Of a stretch of DNA of 64,000 nucleotides, positions 18,800-28,945 are shown one piece after another. The stretch lies in the NCBI GenBank assembly GCA_013388455.1, contig JACAFF010000017.1, forward strand, positions 5,252 through 69,251, written 5' to 3'. The notes beneath the pieces were generated by a model that saw only the letters and a list, made by a program, of their open reading frames with translations, did no database searches and was not told the origin of the DNA. The stretch's first letter is position 1. Every line of letters starts with the position of its first letter. Origin of the DNA: Nitrospirota bacterium. GTDB lineage: Bacteria > Nitrospirota > Thermodesulfovibrionia > Thermodesulfovibrionales > SM23-35. The translations under genes and the position numbers were made by a program.

Positions 18800-19114
18800 A
18801 TGTGGCAACGTTTAAAAAATAATTTCGACAATGGTATCAAAAAACTCAAATGGTTTTCATCAGCTCTGTCGGAAAGACTGAAGATAGAGATATCTGTAAT
18901 GAAACTGCTTCATCAGTCTGAACAACTGGCTGAAAAAAAAGATGAATTGATGAAAGTAATCGGTCGTAGAGTATTTGAATTAAGACAACAATCCGAACGG
19001 TCTATAATTAATGACAGAATTATCTCGGAAGCACTTATTGAAATCGAACGGATTAATAGCGAAATAGAAGCCACAAAGAAGAAGGCTTCGGAAATAAGTA
19101 AAATAGAACCTTGA
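18800..19114 (+). CDS. Hypothetical coiled-coil protein
   Basis: 104-aa ORF packed in the operon, overlapping the pilD start. Confidence 0.7.
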   Translation: MWQRLKNNFDNGIKKLKWFSSALSERLKIEISVMKLLHQSEQLAEKKDELMKVIGRRVFELRQQSERSIINDRIISEALIEIERINSEIEATKKKASEISKIEP

Positions 19115-19890
19115 TTGAGTATTTTATTCCATATATATTAAGCTTTTTACTTGGCTCTATCGTTGGTTCTTTCCTTAATGTCTGCATTTATAGAATTCCA
19201 AGAAATCTTTCGATTATTACACCTTCATCAAGATGTCCTTCCTGTAATACACCAATAAACGCCTTTGATAATATACCATTACTCAGCTATTTTTTCCTTC
19301 GAGGAAGATGTAGAATCTGTAAAAAACGAATATCGCTGAGATATCCACTTGTTGAATTACTGAATGCATTATTATATGTATTTATACTCTGGAGATTCGG
19401 AATAGGATGGCATATGCTCATCTATTGTCTTTTTTGTTCTACACTGATTGTGATAACTTTCATAGATCTTGAATTCCAGATAATACCCGACCGAATAACT
19501 TTACCGGGCATAGTTATAGGACTTATTACAGGTTCCTTTTTTCTCTTTGATCCTTTCCTGAGATACTCTCTTCTTGGATGGAAAGCATCCATTATTGGCT
19601 TCCTGACAGGGGGTGGATTATTTTATGCTATTGCAGTATTAAGCAAAGGTGGAATGGGAGGAGGAGACATCAAAATGATGGCAATGGTCGGTGCTATAAT
19701 GGGATGGAAATCTGTACTCCTGACTACATTTATTGGCAGTCTTGCAGGAGCAATCTTTGGAATATTTCTCATGATATTCAGAGGAAAAGGTCGCAAGACT
19801 AAAATTCCCTTTGGACCATTCCTTGCCCTTGGAACACTTGCAACCCTGTTTTATGGACAGGAGATGTTTAACTTTTATTTTTACAGATAA
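19111..19890 (+). CDS. pilD: Prepilin peptidase/N-methyltransferase (A24)
   Basis: GSFLNVCIYRIP, two CxxC pairs, GMGGGDIK, PFGPFLA. Confidence 0.93.
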   Translation: MIEYFIPYILSFLLGSIVGSFLNVCIYRIPRNLSIITPSSRCPSCNTPINAFDNIPLLSYFFLRGRCRICKKRISLRYPLVELLNALLYVFILWRFGIGWHMLIYCLFCSTLIVITFIDLEFQIIPDRITLPGIVIGLITGSFFLFDPFLRYSLLGWKASIIGFLTGGGLFYAIAVLSKGGMGGGDIKMMAMVGAIMGWKSVLLTTFIGSLAGAIFGIFLMIFRGKGRKTKIPFGPFLALGTLATLFYGQEMFNFYFYR

Positions 19891-19893
19891 TTT

Positions 19894-21126
19894 ATGAATA
19901 TTGAGTTTATTTTTTTCAATTCTATTATTTTACTTATCCTGGCACTCATATCTTTCTTTCTAATAAGGGCTTTTTTTAAAGTATACAGTAGAAAAAAGAA
20001 TTTAGATCAAAAGGATCTCTCAAAAGTAGGCTTCGTCGTGGACACCTTTCATGAACTTGTAGCCAAGCTGAAAGAGAAGGAAAAAGAACTCGAGATTCTT
20101 CGCAAAAAAGCTGAAGATAGGGCTACTGCAATCGAAGGTTATAATGAAAATATTCTTCAGAGTGTTCCAAGTGGGGTTATAAGCTTTGATGACAATCTGA
20201 GGATTACAAAGGTTAATCAATCTGCTGAAAAGATACTCGAAATGGATGGAAAGAGCATCATAGGCAAATATCATGAAGAAGTTTTGAACAAACCGATTAC
20301 TGATATGCTAAATGAAAGAAAAATCACAGAAAGGGGTGAAATAAGTTATAAAACAAACTCAGGCAAAAGGATATGGTTGGGGCTTACAATTTCCCCACTA
20401 AAAGACAAGGAGGGAAAGACAATAGGTCAGATCCTCGTTTTTACCGATCTTACCCATCTCAAGTCATTCGAGGCTCAAATGGAATTGAGGGATAAACTCG
20501 CCAGTCTTGGTGAAATATCAGCCGGCATCGCTCACGAGTTAAGGAATCCGATGGCAGTAATTGCAGGATATACAAAACTTCTTTATAAAAAAGTGGATGA
20601 ATCCATGAAAGCTACGGTCGGAGCTATATCAAAAGAGATATCAGTAATGGACAGAATTATTACGGATTTTCTCTCATTTGCAAAACCTCTTGAACTTACA
20701 ATTTCTAATATTGATCTTAAGTCACTTATAGAGAAATGTATTTCTTCATTAAGGGAAGAAAGAACTGATATTAAATTTTTTCTAAATTTTCAGGAAATAC
20801 CTTTAATTAAAGGTGATGAAGTTCTTCTCAGACAGGCATTCACAAATCTTATACAGAACTCGACCGAAGCAATGCCTCAAGGTGGTGAACTGAAAATAAC
20901 TGCGGATAAGGATGATTATCTCAATGTATCTATTTCAGATTCAGGTCATGGAATTTCAGAGAATATAATTGACAAAATCTTTTTGCCATTTTTTACTACA
21001 AAAGAAAAAGGTACAGGACTTGGTCTTGCTATTGTCCACAAGATTATTATTTCCCACGGAGGCAGTATTTCTGTCACAAGCAATGAAAAAGGGACTACAT
21101 TCAGAATCAGATTCCCTATAAAATAA
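19894..21126 (+). CDS. Membrane-anchored PAS sensor histidine kinase
   Basis: N-terminal TM, PAS, AHELRNP H-box, N/G1/F/G2 boxes (GTGLGL). Confidence 0.92.
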   Translation: MNIEFIFFNSIILLILALISFFLIRAFFKVYSRKKNLDQKDLSKVGFVVDTFHELVAKLKEKEKELEILRKKAEDRATAIEGYNENILQSVPSGVISFDDNLRITKVNQSAEKILEMDGKSIIGKYHEEVLNKPITDMLNERKITERGEISYKTNSGKRIWLGLTISPLKDKEGKTIGQILVFTDLTHLKSFEAQMELRDKLASLGEISAGIAHELRNPMAVIAGYTKLLYKKVDESMKATVGAISKEISVMDRIITDFLSFAKPLELTISNIDLKSLIEKCISSLREERTDIKFFLNFQEIPLIKGDEVLLRQAFTNLIQNSTEAMPQGGELKITADKDDYLNVSISDSGHGISENIIDKIFLPFFTTKEKGTGLGLAIVHKIIISHGGSISVTSNEKGTTFRIRFPIK

Positions 21127-21146
21127 CCCTAAAAAAGGAGCAAACT

Positions 21147-21947
21147 ATGTCAAAAATAACAATTCTTGATCTTCTTAAAAAAAAGAGTGAAAAAAGAAAG
21201 ATTACGATGATTACTGCATATGATTATCCTTTTGCACGGATAGTTGACGAGGCGGGAATAGATGGTATTATAGTGGGTGATTCCGTTGGTATGGTTGTGC
21301 AAGGACTTGAAAACACTTTGCCGGTGACGATGGATGAAATGATATATCATACTAAAATTGTTTCAAAAGCAGTAAATAATGCAATGATCATCGGCGACCT
21401 TCCTTTTATGTCTTATCAAGCAAGCATAGAAGAAGGGGTAAGAAATGCAGGCAGATTTATAAAAGAAGCTGGGGCTACCTGTGTGAAAATAGAAGGTGGG
21501 GCCGAAGTGGCTGAACATATCAGAAGAATGACGAAATCAGATATTCCTGTTATGGCACATATCGGCCTCACACCTCAGTCCATTCACAGAATGGGTGGGT
21601 ATAGAGTTCAGGGTAAAACTGAAGAAGCTGCGAGAAGATTAATTGAAGAAGCTCATATTGCCGAGGATGCTGGAGCTTGTTCACTACTTCTTGAGGCGAT
21701 ACCTATGAAACTTGCGAAAACTATTACCGATTCAATCTCCATACCAACTATTGGTATTGGCGCAGGGCCATATTGTGATGGTCAGGTTCTCGTCTTACAT
21801 GATGTTCTGGGTCTATTTGAGAGGTTTTTACCAAAATTTGCAAAACGATATGTAAATCTGAAAGAAGAAGCATTAAAGGCAATTAAAACATATAAGGAAG
21901 AGGTCGAAAACGGCATCTTCCCTTCAGAAGAACAGAGTTTCAAATAA
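21147..21947 (+). CDS. panB: 3-methyl-2-oxobutanoate hydroxymethyltransferase
   Basis: TAYDY, VGDS, HIGLTPQ, IGIGAG..DGQVLV. Confidence 0.97.
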   Translation: MSKITILDLLKKKSEKRKITMITAYDYPFARIVDEAGIDGIIVGDSVGMVVQGLENTLPVTMDEMIYHTKIVSKAVNNAMIIGDLPFMSYQASIEEGVRNAGRFIKEAGATCVKIEGGAEVAEHIRRMTKSDIPVMAHIGLTPQSIHRMGGYRVQGKTEEAARRLIEEAHIAEDAGACSLLLEAIPMKLAKTITDSISIPTIGIGAGPYCDGQVLVLHDVLGLFERFLPKFAKRYVNLKEEALKAIKTYKEEVENGIFPSEEQSFK

Positions 21948-21949
21948 CC

Positions 21950-22101
21950 TAACCCTGATTATTTATAAACTATGATTAAGCCAAATAATGCAGATATTGC
22001 TCGAAAATTTCGTTAACTCGATATCCCCCCTTCGTCCCCCCTTGGCAAGGGGAGAATTAAAGTCAGGCTTTATAGATTTTTTAATCGCATTTTTCGGGTT
22101 A
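21950..22101. mobile_element. MITE-like element A
   Basis: TA-ACCC...GGGT-TA ends; 41/46 nt identical to the reverse complement of 60767-60812; internal C-rich/G-rich palindrome. Confidence 0.65.
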
Positions 22102-22156
22102 AATACTATGTCCTGTATATATATTAAGAATTTATGAATGAATAAAATTGGCTAAA

Positions 22157-22813
22157 TTAGCGAATAGAAATACCATGTGTCTTAAGCATATCAGTAAATG
22201 GTCTACCGAATATAAAAAGTTCGAACTCCACTTTAAGCCCCAATTCATTTTTTGCATACTCACGGATAGTAATATCTCTTTTTACAAGTTCAGATAATAA
22301 TTCGAGATTCTTTTTATAATCTTTGCCTCGTTTTATAAGTGATACAAGATTACTAAATTCGTCACAAGAGCATTGTTGCTCATGAGCCTTAATAATATCC
22401 AGAATGGGATCATCAGGATTGATAATATCTGCACGGGAAAGGTTATCTTTTCCTATTATACTTATCAAGTCCGAAGGGTCCCAACACTTAAGCAGACGAC
22501 ATTCTATAAACCGATGTCTGTAAATCTTACATGATGAATCCTTTTCACTGAAAAAAATACAAGACCAGTTTTCATTTTTACCCAATACTTTTAATAATTC
22601 TTTCTGGTTTTTCCCCAGCTTTCTTGTAACAGGGTCATACACCATCTCTCCTTTTCTCAATGTTACAAGATGCTGATGACCAGCATATCCTGCCAATAAT
22701 ATTGCTTTGTCCTTATCATGCAAAACCGGGCCACCTCTTTTACAACATGTTCCACACCTTATACAGTATGACCTTAAGCTTTTTTCTTTTCTCCTTTGAC
22801 GGTAAAAATTCAT
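22157..22813 (-). CDS. YkgJ-family cysteine-cluster protein
   Basis: CIRCGTCC...CIFF...CKIYRHR...CRLLKCW. Confidence 0.85.
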   Translation of the reverse strand: MNFYRQRRKEKSLRSYCIRCGTCCKRGGPVLHDKDKAILLAGYAGHQHLVTLRKGEMVYDPVTRKLGKNQKELLKVLGKNENWSCIFFSEKDSSCKIYRHRFIECRLLKCWDPSDLISIIGKDNLSRADIINPDDPILDIIKAHEQQCSCDEFSNLVSLIKRGKDYKKNLELLSELVKRDITIREYAKNELGLKVEFELFIFGRPFTDMLKTHGISIR

Positions 22814-23265
22814 TTCTTTAAGATACGCTTCAAATTCTCTATTCTCGCTGAAAGTCCTTCTCTTAAAACAAAATCTCTATCTGACATGCCTGTAAGAAGA
22901 TCATTTTCAAGTGAGTATAAAAGCTGTTCACCGAATCCTCGCTGCACACATATTTCGTCAATATGCTCATGGTCAGAAATATTCTGCTCTCTGGCCACGA
23001 TTTGTGCAAATTCATGTGCAATGACTGCAGTTGTAATATCATCATCTACACGGTAAAGAACTGATATGGCATATACTTGCTCTTTACTCTCGTAAAGAAA
23101 CTCAGGAGTAAACCCCAGAATTTTTTTGAATTCCTCAAGCTTGAGTGCCCAGGCTGTTGTAAAGCACATAAGTTCAAAATAAGGTTTTATAAGTGAAACC
23201 TTTTCCCTCACATCAGCAAAGTTCTCTCTTACTCTAAGAAAAATCTCGGTTGTCCTGTCTTGCAT
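22810..23265 (-). CDS. Hypothetical protein, zincin-like (HEFAQ)
   Basis: 151-aa ORF coupled to ykgJ; AVIAHEFAQ resembles HExxH. Confidence 0.65.
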   Translation of the reverse strand: MQDRTTEIFLRVRENFADVREKVSLIKPYFELMCFTTAWALKLEEFKKILGFTPEFLYESKEQVYAISVLYRVDDDITTAVIAHEFAQIVAREQNISDHEHIDEICVQRGFGEQLLYSLENDLLTGMSDRDFVLREGLSARIENLKRILKK

Positions 23266-23369
23266 AATTTAAACCACATCTACTTAGCCAGCTCTCGGCA
23301 AAGGGAATATGGGGGTTAAGTAGTTTATTTTGATTCAGAAATTGAGTTGATATTAAGAAGGCGAAAATT

Positions 23370-23558
23370 TTATTTTTTCTTAAGAACAATTTTATGATTT
23401 AAGAGTGATATTTCCTTTATTTCTCCCTCGAAAACCTTCTGTTCTCCGAAAAGGCTTCGCAAATATATTTTGCCTTCTTCAGGCCTCATAATGTCTACAC
23501 TTTCGAGGTAAAGCAATTCTTTTCCATCTTCATATATATAGGCATTAGCTTCACACAT
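23370..23558 (-). CDS. cooT: CooT-family nickel-binding protein
   Basis: MCEANAY start (Cys2), LFGEQK, HKIVL; 62 aa. Confidence 0.85.
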   Translation of the reverse strand: MCEANAYIYEDGKELLYLESVDIMRPEEGKIYLRSLFGEQKVFEGEIKEISLLNHKIVLKKK

Positions 23559-23982
23559 TTTCTTTCTCCTTTCCAAGATCCTTTCTTACTGTCTCAATAA
23601 TTTTCTCTATCATATGCGGAAGGGGCTCTCTGTCGACCCCTATAATTTCAATACCTTCCTGATTCAGAGGTAATAGTATTTTTTTAGCGTCGCATGATGC
23701 AACTGCCTCTGCCATCTTTGGTGTCAATTCCCCTAACATTGCATTTGCAAGGACTATGCTCAAAGGACCTATAATAATATTAAATTTATTTGCATTCCTT
23801 ACAATAGAATTTTCTCCTGTAGCACCTTTATTCGCTCTTGACTTCATCATGGCTGAAGTTGCAGCAGCATTAGTCCCAAGAGCAAAAATCTCGATTTCAT
23901 CACCGAATTCATCTTTAAGCCTCTTTACAATGAGACTCCCGATTCCGCCACCCTGTCCGTCAATAACTGCTATTCTGAACAC
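23551..23982 (-). CDS. DUF3842 family protein
   Basis: IAVIDGQGGGIG, ALGTNAAAT, GATGENSI, GELTPKMA. Confidence 0.88.
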   Translation of the reverse strand: MFRIAVIDGQGGGIGSLIVKRLKDEFGDEIEIFALGTNAAATSAMMKSRANKGATGENSIVRNANKFNIIIGPLSIVLANAMLGELTPKMAEAVASCDAKKILLPLNQEGIEIIGVDREPLPHMIEKIIETVRKDLGKEKENV

Positions 23983-23988
23983 ATGATA

Positions 23989-24018
23989 AGTATAAAAATA
24001 TATTGTCTACCATGTCAA
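23989..24018 (-). promoter_or_regulatory. Sigma70 promoter, probably leaderless, for DUF3842-cooT
   Basis: TTGACA-18-TATACT-6-GTG on the minus strand. Confidence 0.65.
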
Positions 24019-24032
24019 ATTGTAGATTTTTC

Positions 24033-24060
24033 TTGACTTACTCTTTTAAATACATATAAT
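24033..24060 (+). promoter_or_regulatory. Sigma70 promoter of the TPR-barrel/FecR/lipoprotein cassette
   Basis: TTGACT-16-TATAAT. Confidence 0.55.
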
Positions 24061-24084
24061 TAATTAAACAAAAGGATTATTAAG

Positions 24085-25407
24085 GTGAACAAAAAGTATC
24101 CTTTATTTTTTATTTTTACAATCCTTTTTATTCCAGTATTCTTCTTTTATTTTGCCTCAATAGTTCATGCAGAGGAAGTTGATACCATTTATGAACAAAC
24201 AATTACTAAGGCTGTAAATAAGATAGAAAATCGTGAATATGAAGAAGCAATTCAAGATCTGAGAAATATCTTACAGTCAAGATCTCAAGATGAAGAGGCA
24301 AATTTATACCTCGGTATAGCACTCAGCCGGACAGGAAATGAAGATGCTGAGGGAGTTCTGAAAAAAGCACTTTCTTTAAATCCAGAAAATCCGCGAACAA
24401 ATCTTGAGCTCGGGATACTATATTATAAAAAAGCACTTTTTGATGAGGCAGAAGACTACTTTAAAACTGCAATAACAATCGCGCCAGATACAGAAATATC
24501 AGCAAGTGCAAATGAATATCTAAATTCTATCAAACAAAAAGAAAAAACCAAACAATGGGGACTGAGCATATCTGTTGGTGGACAATATGATTCTAATGTT
24601 ATTCTCAATGCAGAAGATAACCCACTACCTGAAGGAATTTCACAGGAATCAGACTGGAAAGCAGTATTATATCTCAAAGGTATTTATAATTTCGTTATTG
24701 GGGGAAAATTTAATGTTCTCACAGGATATAATCTATATCAAAATTTCTATGCCAAACTTTCTGATTTCAATACAACCAGCCATCTGATAAAGCTTGAACC
24801 TACTTACAGACTCTCATCAATTATAACATTTAAGGGTCAATATGCTTTTCAGCACGTAAGCGTCGGAGGTGATTCATACGATTATTCACATTCTTTTTCT
24901 CCAATGCTTATTTTATCTCAAGGTAAAGGATTCTCTACAATCATTACATATAGATACTTAAAGACACATTTCATGGATACAGAGTTATTTGAAGAAAATT
25001 CAGATAGGACTGGTTTCAATAATCTTGTTGGAATAACACAGGAAATTCCATTGGGAAGCTCGGTCAGGTTACAGATTAGTTACCAGTATGATAAAGATTC
25101 AACAAGTAAGGATTTCTGGGACTATACCGGTAATAAGGGTTTAATAGGTGTTCAGATTAATTTATTGCATAATCTTATTATAAATCTTTCGGGCGAATAC
25201 TATAATAAAGATTACGAAGGAATCTATCCTTCTGAAACGATAGAGAGAGAAGATGATATCAGCACAGCATCTTTTTTAATTATAAAAGAATTATCCAATA
25301 TATTTAGTTTGACAATAGGTCAATTTTATACAAAAAATAAATCAAATATCGATATATTTGATTATGATCGAGCTATAACAAGCTTTTTCATTAATATGAG
25401 GTTTTAA
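24085..25407 (+). CDS. TPR plus outer-membrane beta-barrel protein (Slam/DUF560-like)
   Basis: Signal peptide, TPR repeats, GGQYDSNV barrel start, alternating aromatic strands, C-terminal Phe. Confidence 0.75.
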   Translation: MNKKYPLFFIFTILFIPVFFFYFASIVHAEEVDTIYEQTITKAVNKIENREYEEAIQDLRNILQSRSQDEEANLYLGIALSRTGNEDAEGVLKKALSLNPENPRTNLELGILYYKKALFDEAEDYFKTAITIAPDTEISASANEYLNSIKQKEKTKQWGLSISVGGQYDSNVILNAEDNPLPEGISQESDWKAVLYLKGIYNFVIGGKFNVLTGYNLYQNFYAKLSDFNTTSHLIKLEPTYRLSSIITFKGQYAFQHVSVGGDSYDYSHSFSPMLILSQGKGFSTIITYRYLKTHFMDTELFEENSDRTGFNNLVGITQEIPLGSSVRLQISYQYDKDSTSKDFWDYTGNKGLIGVQINLLHNLIINLSGEYYNKDYEGIYPSETIEREDDISTASFLIIKELSNIFSLTIGQFYTKNKSNIDIFDYDRAITSFFINMRF

Positions 25408-26214
25408 ATGAAGACTTGTAGATGTATTACAATGACTTTTATTTTAGTATTTATTGCATTATTCATTTATCAAAATGCTGACGCAAAGGTTGACATTGGT
25501 TCTTTTGTTGCTATAAGGGGCAAGGCAATAGTAGAAAGAGATAAAAAATCATTTGAGGCTAAACTTAGAGATGGTGTTCTTCTACACGATACTGTTTCAA
25601 CACTTGAAGCTTCGAGAGTAAAAATGCTATTTATAGATGACAGTGTCCTGACACTTGGCGAGAAATCAAGAGTAATCATCAAAGAATTCGTCTATGGTAA
25701 GGAAAAAGGAAATAAATCTGTCGTTAATCTCATTGAAGGAAAAATGCGTTCCATTGTAGGGAAGACAAGTTTTGAGATTCACACACCAACAGCAGTGGCA
25801 GCAGCAAGAGGGACAGCTATACTTTCCGAAGCAGGGATAAAAGATGGTAAAAAGTTCACTATTTTTATATGTCTTGAGGGAGAATTTATTGTTAAAAGTT
25901 CATCTCCAGAAATAACAGGAAGCTTTCTTCTTACGCCTCACATGATGATAATAGTTTTTGAAGGAGAACCACTCACTCAACCTTTCTTAGCACCAGCTGG
26001 AGAAATAGAAAGGCTTTTAAAAGAAACAGAAATTTATACAGAACTCTCTATACCCGGGCCGGCTGAGATAATAGTCTTACCAAGAGCAATAACTCCTGAA
26101 GGAACGGAGGGTATAACTTCAACAGATATCCCCCCTCCCTTTGATCAACAACCTGTAGGAGTAGAAACAGGACCGAATACCACCCCCGTTAAAATTGATG
26201 TGGAATTCCCATGA
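25408..26214 (+). CDS. Secreted FecR-domain protein
   Basis: Signal peptide, LFIDDSVLTLGEKS, IHTPTAVAAARGT. Confidence 0.85.
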   Translation: MKTCRCITMTFILVFIALFIYQNADAKVDIGSFVAIRGKAIVERDKKSFEAKLRDGVLLHDTVSTLEASRVKMLFIDDSVLTLGEKSRVIIKEFVYGKEKGNKSVVNLIEGKMRSIVGKTSFEIHTPTAVAAARGTAILSEAGIKDGKKFTIFICLEGEFIVKSSSPEITGSFLLTPHMMIIVFEGEPLTQPFLAPAGEIERLLKETEIYTELSIPGPAEIIVLPRAITPEGTEGITSTDIPPPFDQQPVGVETGPNTTPVKIDVEFP

Positions 26215-26231
26215 GAAATCAGATGATAACT

Positions 26232-27608
26232 ATGAAAAAAATATATATTCTATTAATTCTTGCTTTAATTACCATTAATATCTCTTGCGGAGGTGATGGA
26301 AGTTTATCATCTGATAGCTCCGGAATGACAAAGGTAACTATAAACTTAGGCGAAACAAGGATAGCCCAATCTGCTGGTAACCAGCCATCTACCGCTACAA
26401 CTATACCATCACATGTGACAACTATAAGATTTGAAATTTCAGCACCGGATATGAATACTATCGAAAAAACCGTATCTATTTCCGGACAGGAGAGCATCTC
26501 TGAATCATTCATAGTCCCGAATGGCTTAAACAGACATTTTGTAGTAGAAGCATATAATATAAACAACCTCCTTATTTACACAGGAGATTCATATGCTGAC
26601 CTCAATGGGTCACCTGTAAATATTACTATAGTCATGGTATCACTGGATCAGAATGTGCCTGCTTTTATCGGCGCAAAATCTTTGGAAAAAATATCTGAGA
26701 CATCTGTATCATTATCATGGGAACCAGCTATTGATGATGTAACCCCACAGGATAAAATTGTCTATCTTATTTATCAACAAACCGAACCTTTCAACTTTTC
26801 GGAAGCAACTAATAAACTCTCAGCACAAGATGCGATGCAACCAACATATGTTACAGAACCTGGTGCAACGTCTTATATAATTACAGGCTTAACGCGGGGT
26901 ATTATATATTATTTCCTCATCAGGGCAAAAGATGAAGCTGGAAATATTGATACGAATACCGATGTGCTTTCAATAGATTTAGCCGCACCTGTTTTTAATG
27001 GTATAACTTCTGCATCCGCAGTCTCAGAAACCGCAATAACATTGTCATGGGAACCTGCAACAGATGATTCAACCCCATCATCAGAGATCATTTATTTAAT
27101 CTATATGGCAACAACACCAGGTGGAGAAAACTTTACAGAGCCAAACTTTATCACCACTCCAGGATCAACTCAATATACTGTAAGGAATCTAATAACAAAT
27201 AGAATGTATTATTTTGTTGTGAGAGCAATGGACAGCGACGGAAATGTTGACTCAAATACCATAGAGAAGTCAGCCAAACCACTTCCTGATCTTTATCCAA
27301 GTGATGTATTTGGTAATGGATATTTTATAAGTTTTAAGGTTAATAACATAAGTTCAGTGCCTCTTTCTAACATATTAGTTGTGGTTCAGTATGAAGATAC
27401 TTATTATGGAATTTCCTATTGCGAAACATTTACTATTTCAATTTCAGCCAGAAACTATGTTTATCTCTCAGTTGAAGATATCTGGTATAACACTTATATA
27501 ATCCGAGTTGATCCTGAAAACACTATACCTGAAATAAATGAGACAAACAATACAGCATGCAGTGGTTTATATTGTACAAATCCACCTCCTTTATCTAATT
27601 GTTATTAA
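26232..27608 (+). CDS. Lipoprotein with two fibronectin type III repeats and a CARDB-like C-terminus
   Basis: Lipobox NISC-GG; two LSWEPAxDD...YFxxRAxDxxGNxD repeats; PDL...VDPENTIPEINETNN. Confidence 0.8.
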   Translation: MKKIYILLILALITINISCGGDGSLSSDSSGMTKVTINLGETRIAQSAGNQPSTATTIPSHVTTIRFEISAPDMNTIEKTVSISGQESISESFIVPNGLNRHFVVEAYNINNLLIYTGDSYADLNGSPVNITIVMVSLDQNVPAFIGAKSLEKISETSVSLSWEPAIDDVTPQDKIVYLIYQQTEPFNFSEATNKLSAQDAMQPTYVTEPGATSYIITGLTRGIIYYFLIRAKDEAGNIDTNTDVLSIDLAAPVFNGITSASAVSETAITLSWEPATDDSTPSSEIIYLIYMATTPGGENFTEPNFITTPGSTQYTVRNLITNRMYYFVVRAMDSDGNVDSNTIEKSAKPLPDLYPSDVFGNGYFISFKVNNISSVPLSNILVVVQYEDTYYGISYCETFTISISARNYVYLSVEDIWYNTYIIRVDPENTIPEINETNNTACSGLYCTNPPPLSNCY

Positions 27609-27751
27609 TAGATCGCAGTTTCGAAAATCATTTACACATATTTCCTTAAAAAGTTTTCCTTTTTTAACTCTATTTATTCTTGTCTTACTGAATTATTCAA
27701 TATTTCTGATGATATCGGATATAATATTTAGTCAGTTAAAAGGGAGGACAT

Positions 27752-28945
27752 ATTAAAAGTTTACCTGATAAAAAGGGTTATTTTGGAATATATGGTGGGA
27801 AATTTGTTCCAGAGACACTTATGCCAGCACTCAGCGAACTTGAAGATGCTTTTCTTTACTATAAAAAAGACAGGGACTTTTTAAATGAACTCAACCAATT
27901 ACGGAAAACTTATATAGGCAGACCCACCCCGCTTTATTTTGCAAAAAGGTTTTCTGAACATCTTAAAGGTCCAAAGATCTATTTGAAGCGTGAAGACCTT
28001 GCACATACTGGTGCACATAAGATTAATAATGCAGTTGGTCAGGTACTACTTGCAAAAAAGATGGGAAAGAAAAGAGTAATTGCAGAGACAGGGGCAGGAC
28101 AGCATGGAGTTGCCACAGCAACTGCTGCTGCACTTGTAGGGCTCGAGTGCGAAATCTATATGGGTTCTGTTGATATGAAACGTCAGGCCTTAAATGTTTT
28201 CAGAATGAAATTGCTTGGTTCTAAGGTAACAGAAGTTCCTACAGGTTCGAGAACTCTTAAGGATGCCATCAATGAAGCCTTACGAGACTGGACGACTAAT
28301 GTCAGAAACACTCACTATGTCCTTGGAACTGTATTTGGACCTCATCCATTTCCGATTATGGTTAGAGAATTTCAATCAGTTATTGGTAAAGAGGCTCGGA
28401 AACAAATCCTTGATGCTGAAAATAGATTGCCTGATTATATTATTGCTTGTGTCGGTGGAGGGAGTAATGCAATGGGAATTTTTCACGAATTCCTTGAAAA
28501 AGAAGATATAACAATGATTGGTGTCGAAGCAGGAGGCATGGGAATCGAAACAGGCAAACATGCAGCAAGATTTGCAGGCGGTTCTCTCGGTGTATTTCAA
28601 GGTTGCAAAAGTTATCTTCTTCAAGATGATAACGGAAATGTTCTCGAGACTCATTCTGTCTCAGCTGGACTCGACTATGCATCCATAGGCCCAGAACATT
28701 CATATCTGAGAGACCTTAAACGTATTATTTATACATATGCAACTGATGATGAGGCATTGAATGCTTTTGAGCTACTGTCAGAAACTGAAGGAATAATACC
28801 AGCACTGGAATCAGCACATGCACTCGCAGAGGCAATAAAACGTGCTCCTGATCTTTCACATGAAAAAATTGTAATTGTAAATCTTTCAGGTCGAGGTGAC
28901 AAAGATGTACAGCATGTCGCACAGATCAAGGGAATAGCATTTTAA
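27752..28945 (+). CDS. trpB: Tryptophan synthase beta chain (probable ATT start)
   Basis: [30 protein letters not shown]; the conserved PDxxGYFGxYGGxFVPETL lies upstream of the ORF-track ATG. Confidence 0.95.
   Translation: MKSLPDKKGYFGIYGGKFVPETLMPALSELEDAFLYYKKDRDFLNELNQLRKTYIGRPTPLYFAKRFSEHLKGPKIYLKREDLAHTGAHKINNAVGQVLLAKKMGKKRVIAETGAGQHGVATATAAALVGLECEIYMGSVDMKRQALNVFRMKLLGSKVTEVPTGSRTLKDAINEALRDWTTNVRNTHYVLGTVFGPHPFPIMVREFQSVIGKEARKQILDAENRLPDYIIACVGGGSNAMGIFHEFLEKEDITMIGVEAGGMGIETGKHAARFAGGSLGVFQGCKSYLLQDDNGNVLETHSVSAGLDYASIGPEHSYLRDLKRIIYTYATDDEALNAFELLSETEGIIPALESAHALAEAIKRAPDLSHEKIVIVNLSGRGDKDVQHVAQIKGIAF

Noticed and set aside
27538..27756. 72-aa ORF as a possible trp leader peptide
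   Set aside because: No Trp codons, no attenuator hairpin, and it overlaps the upstream gene.
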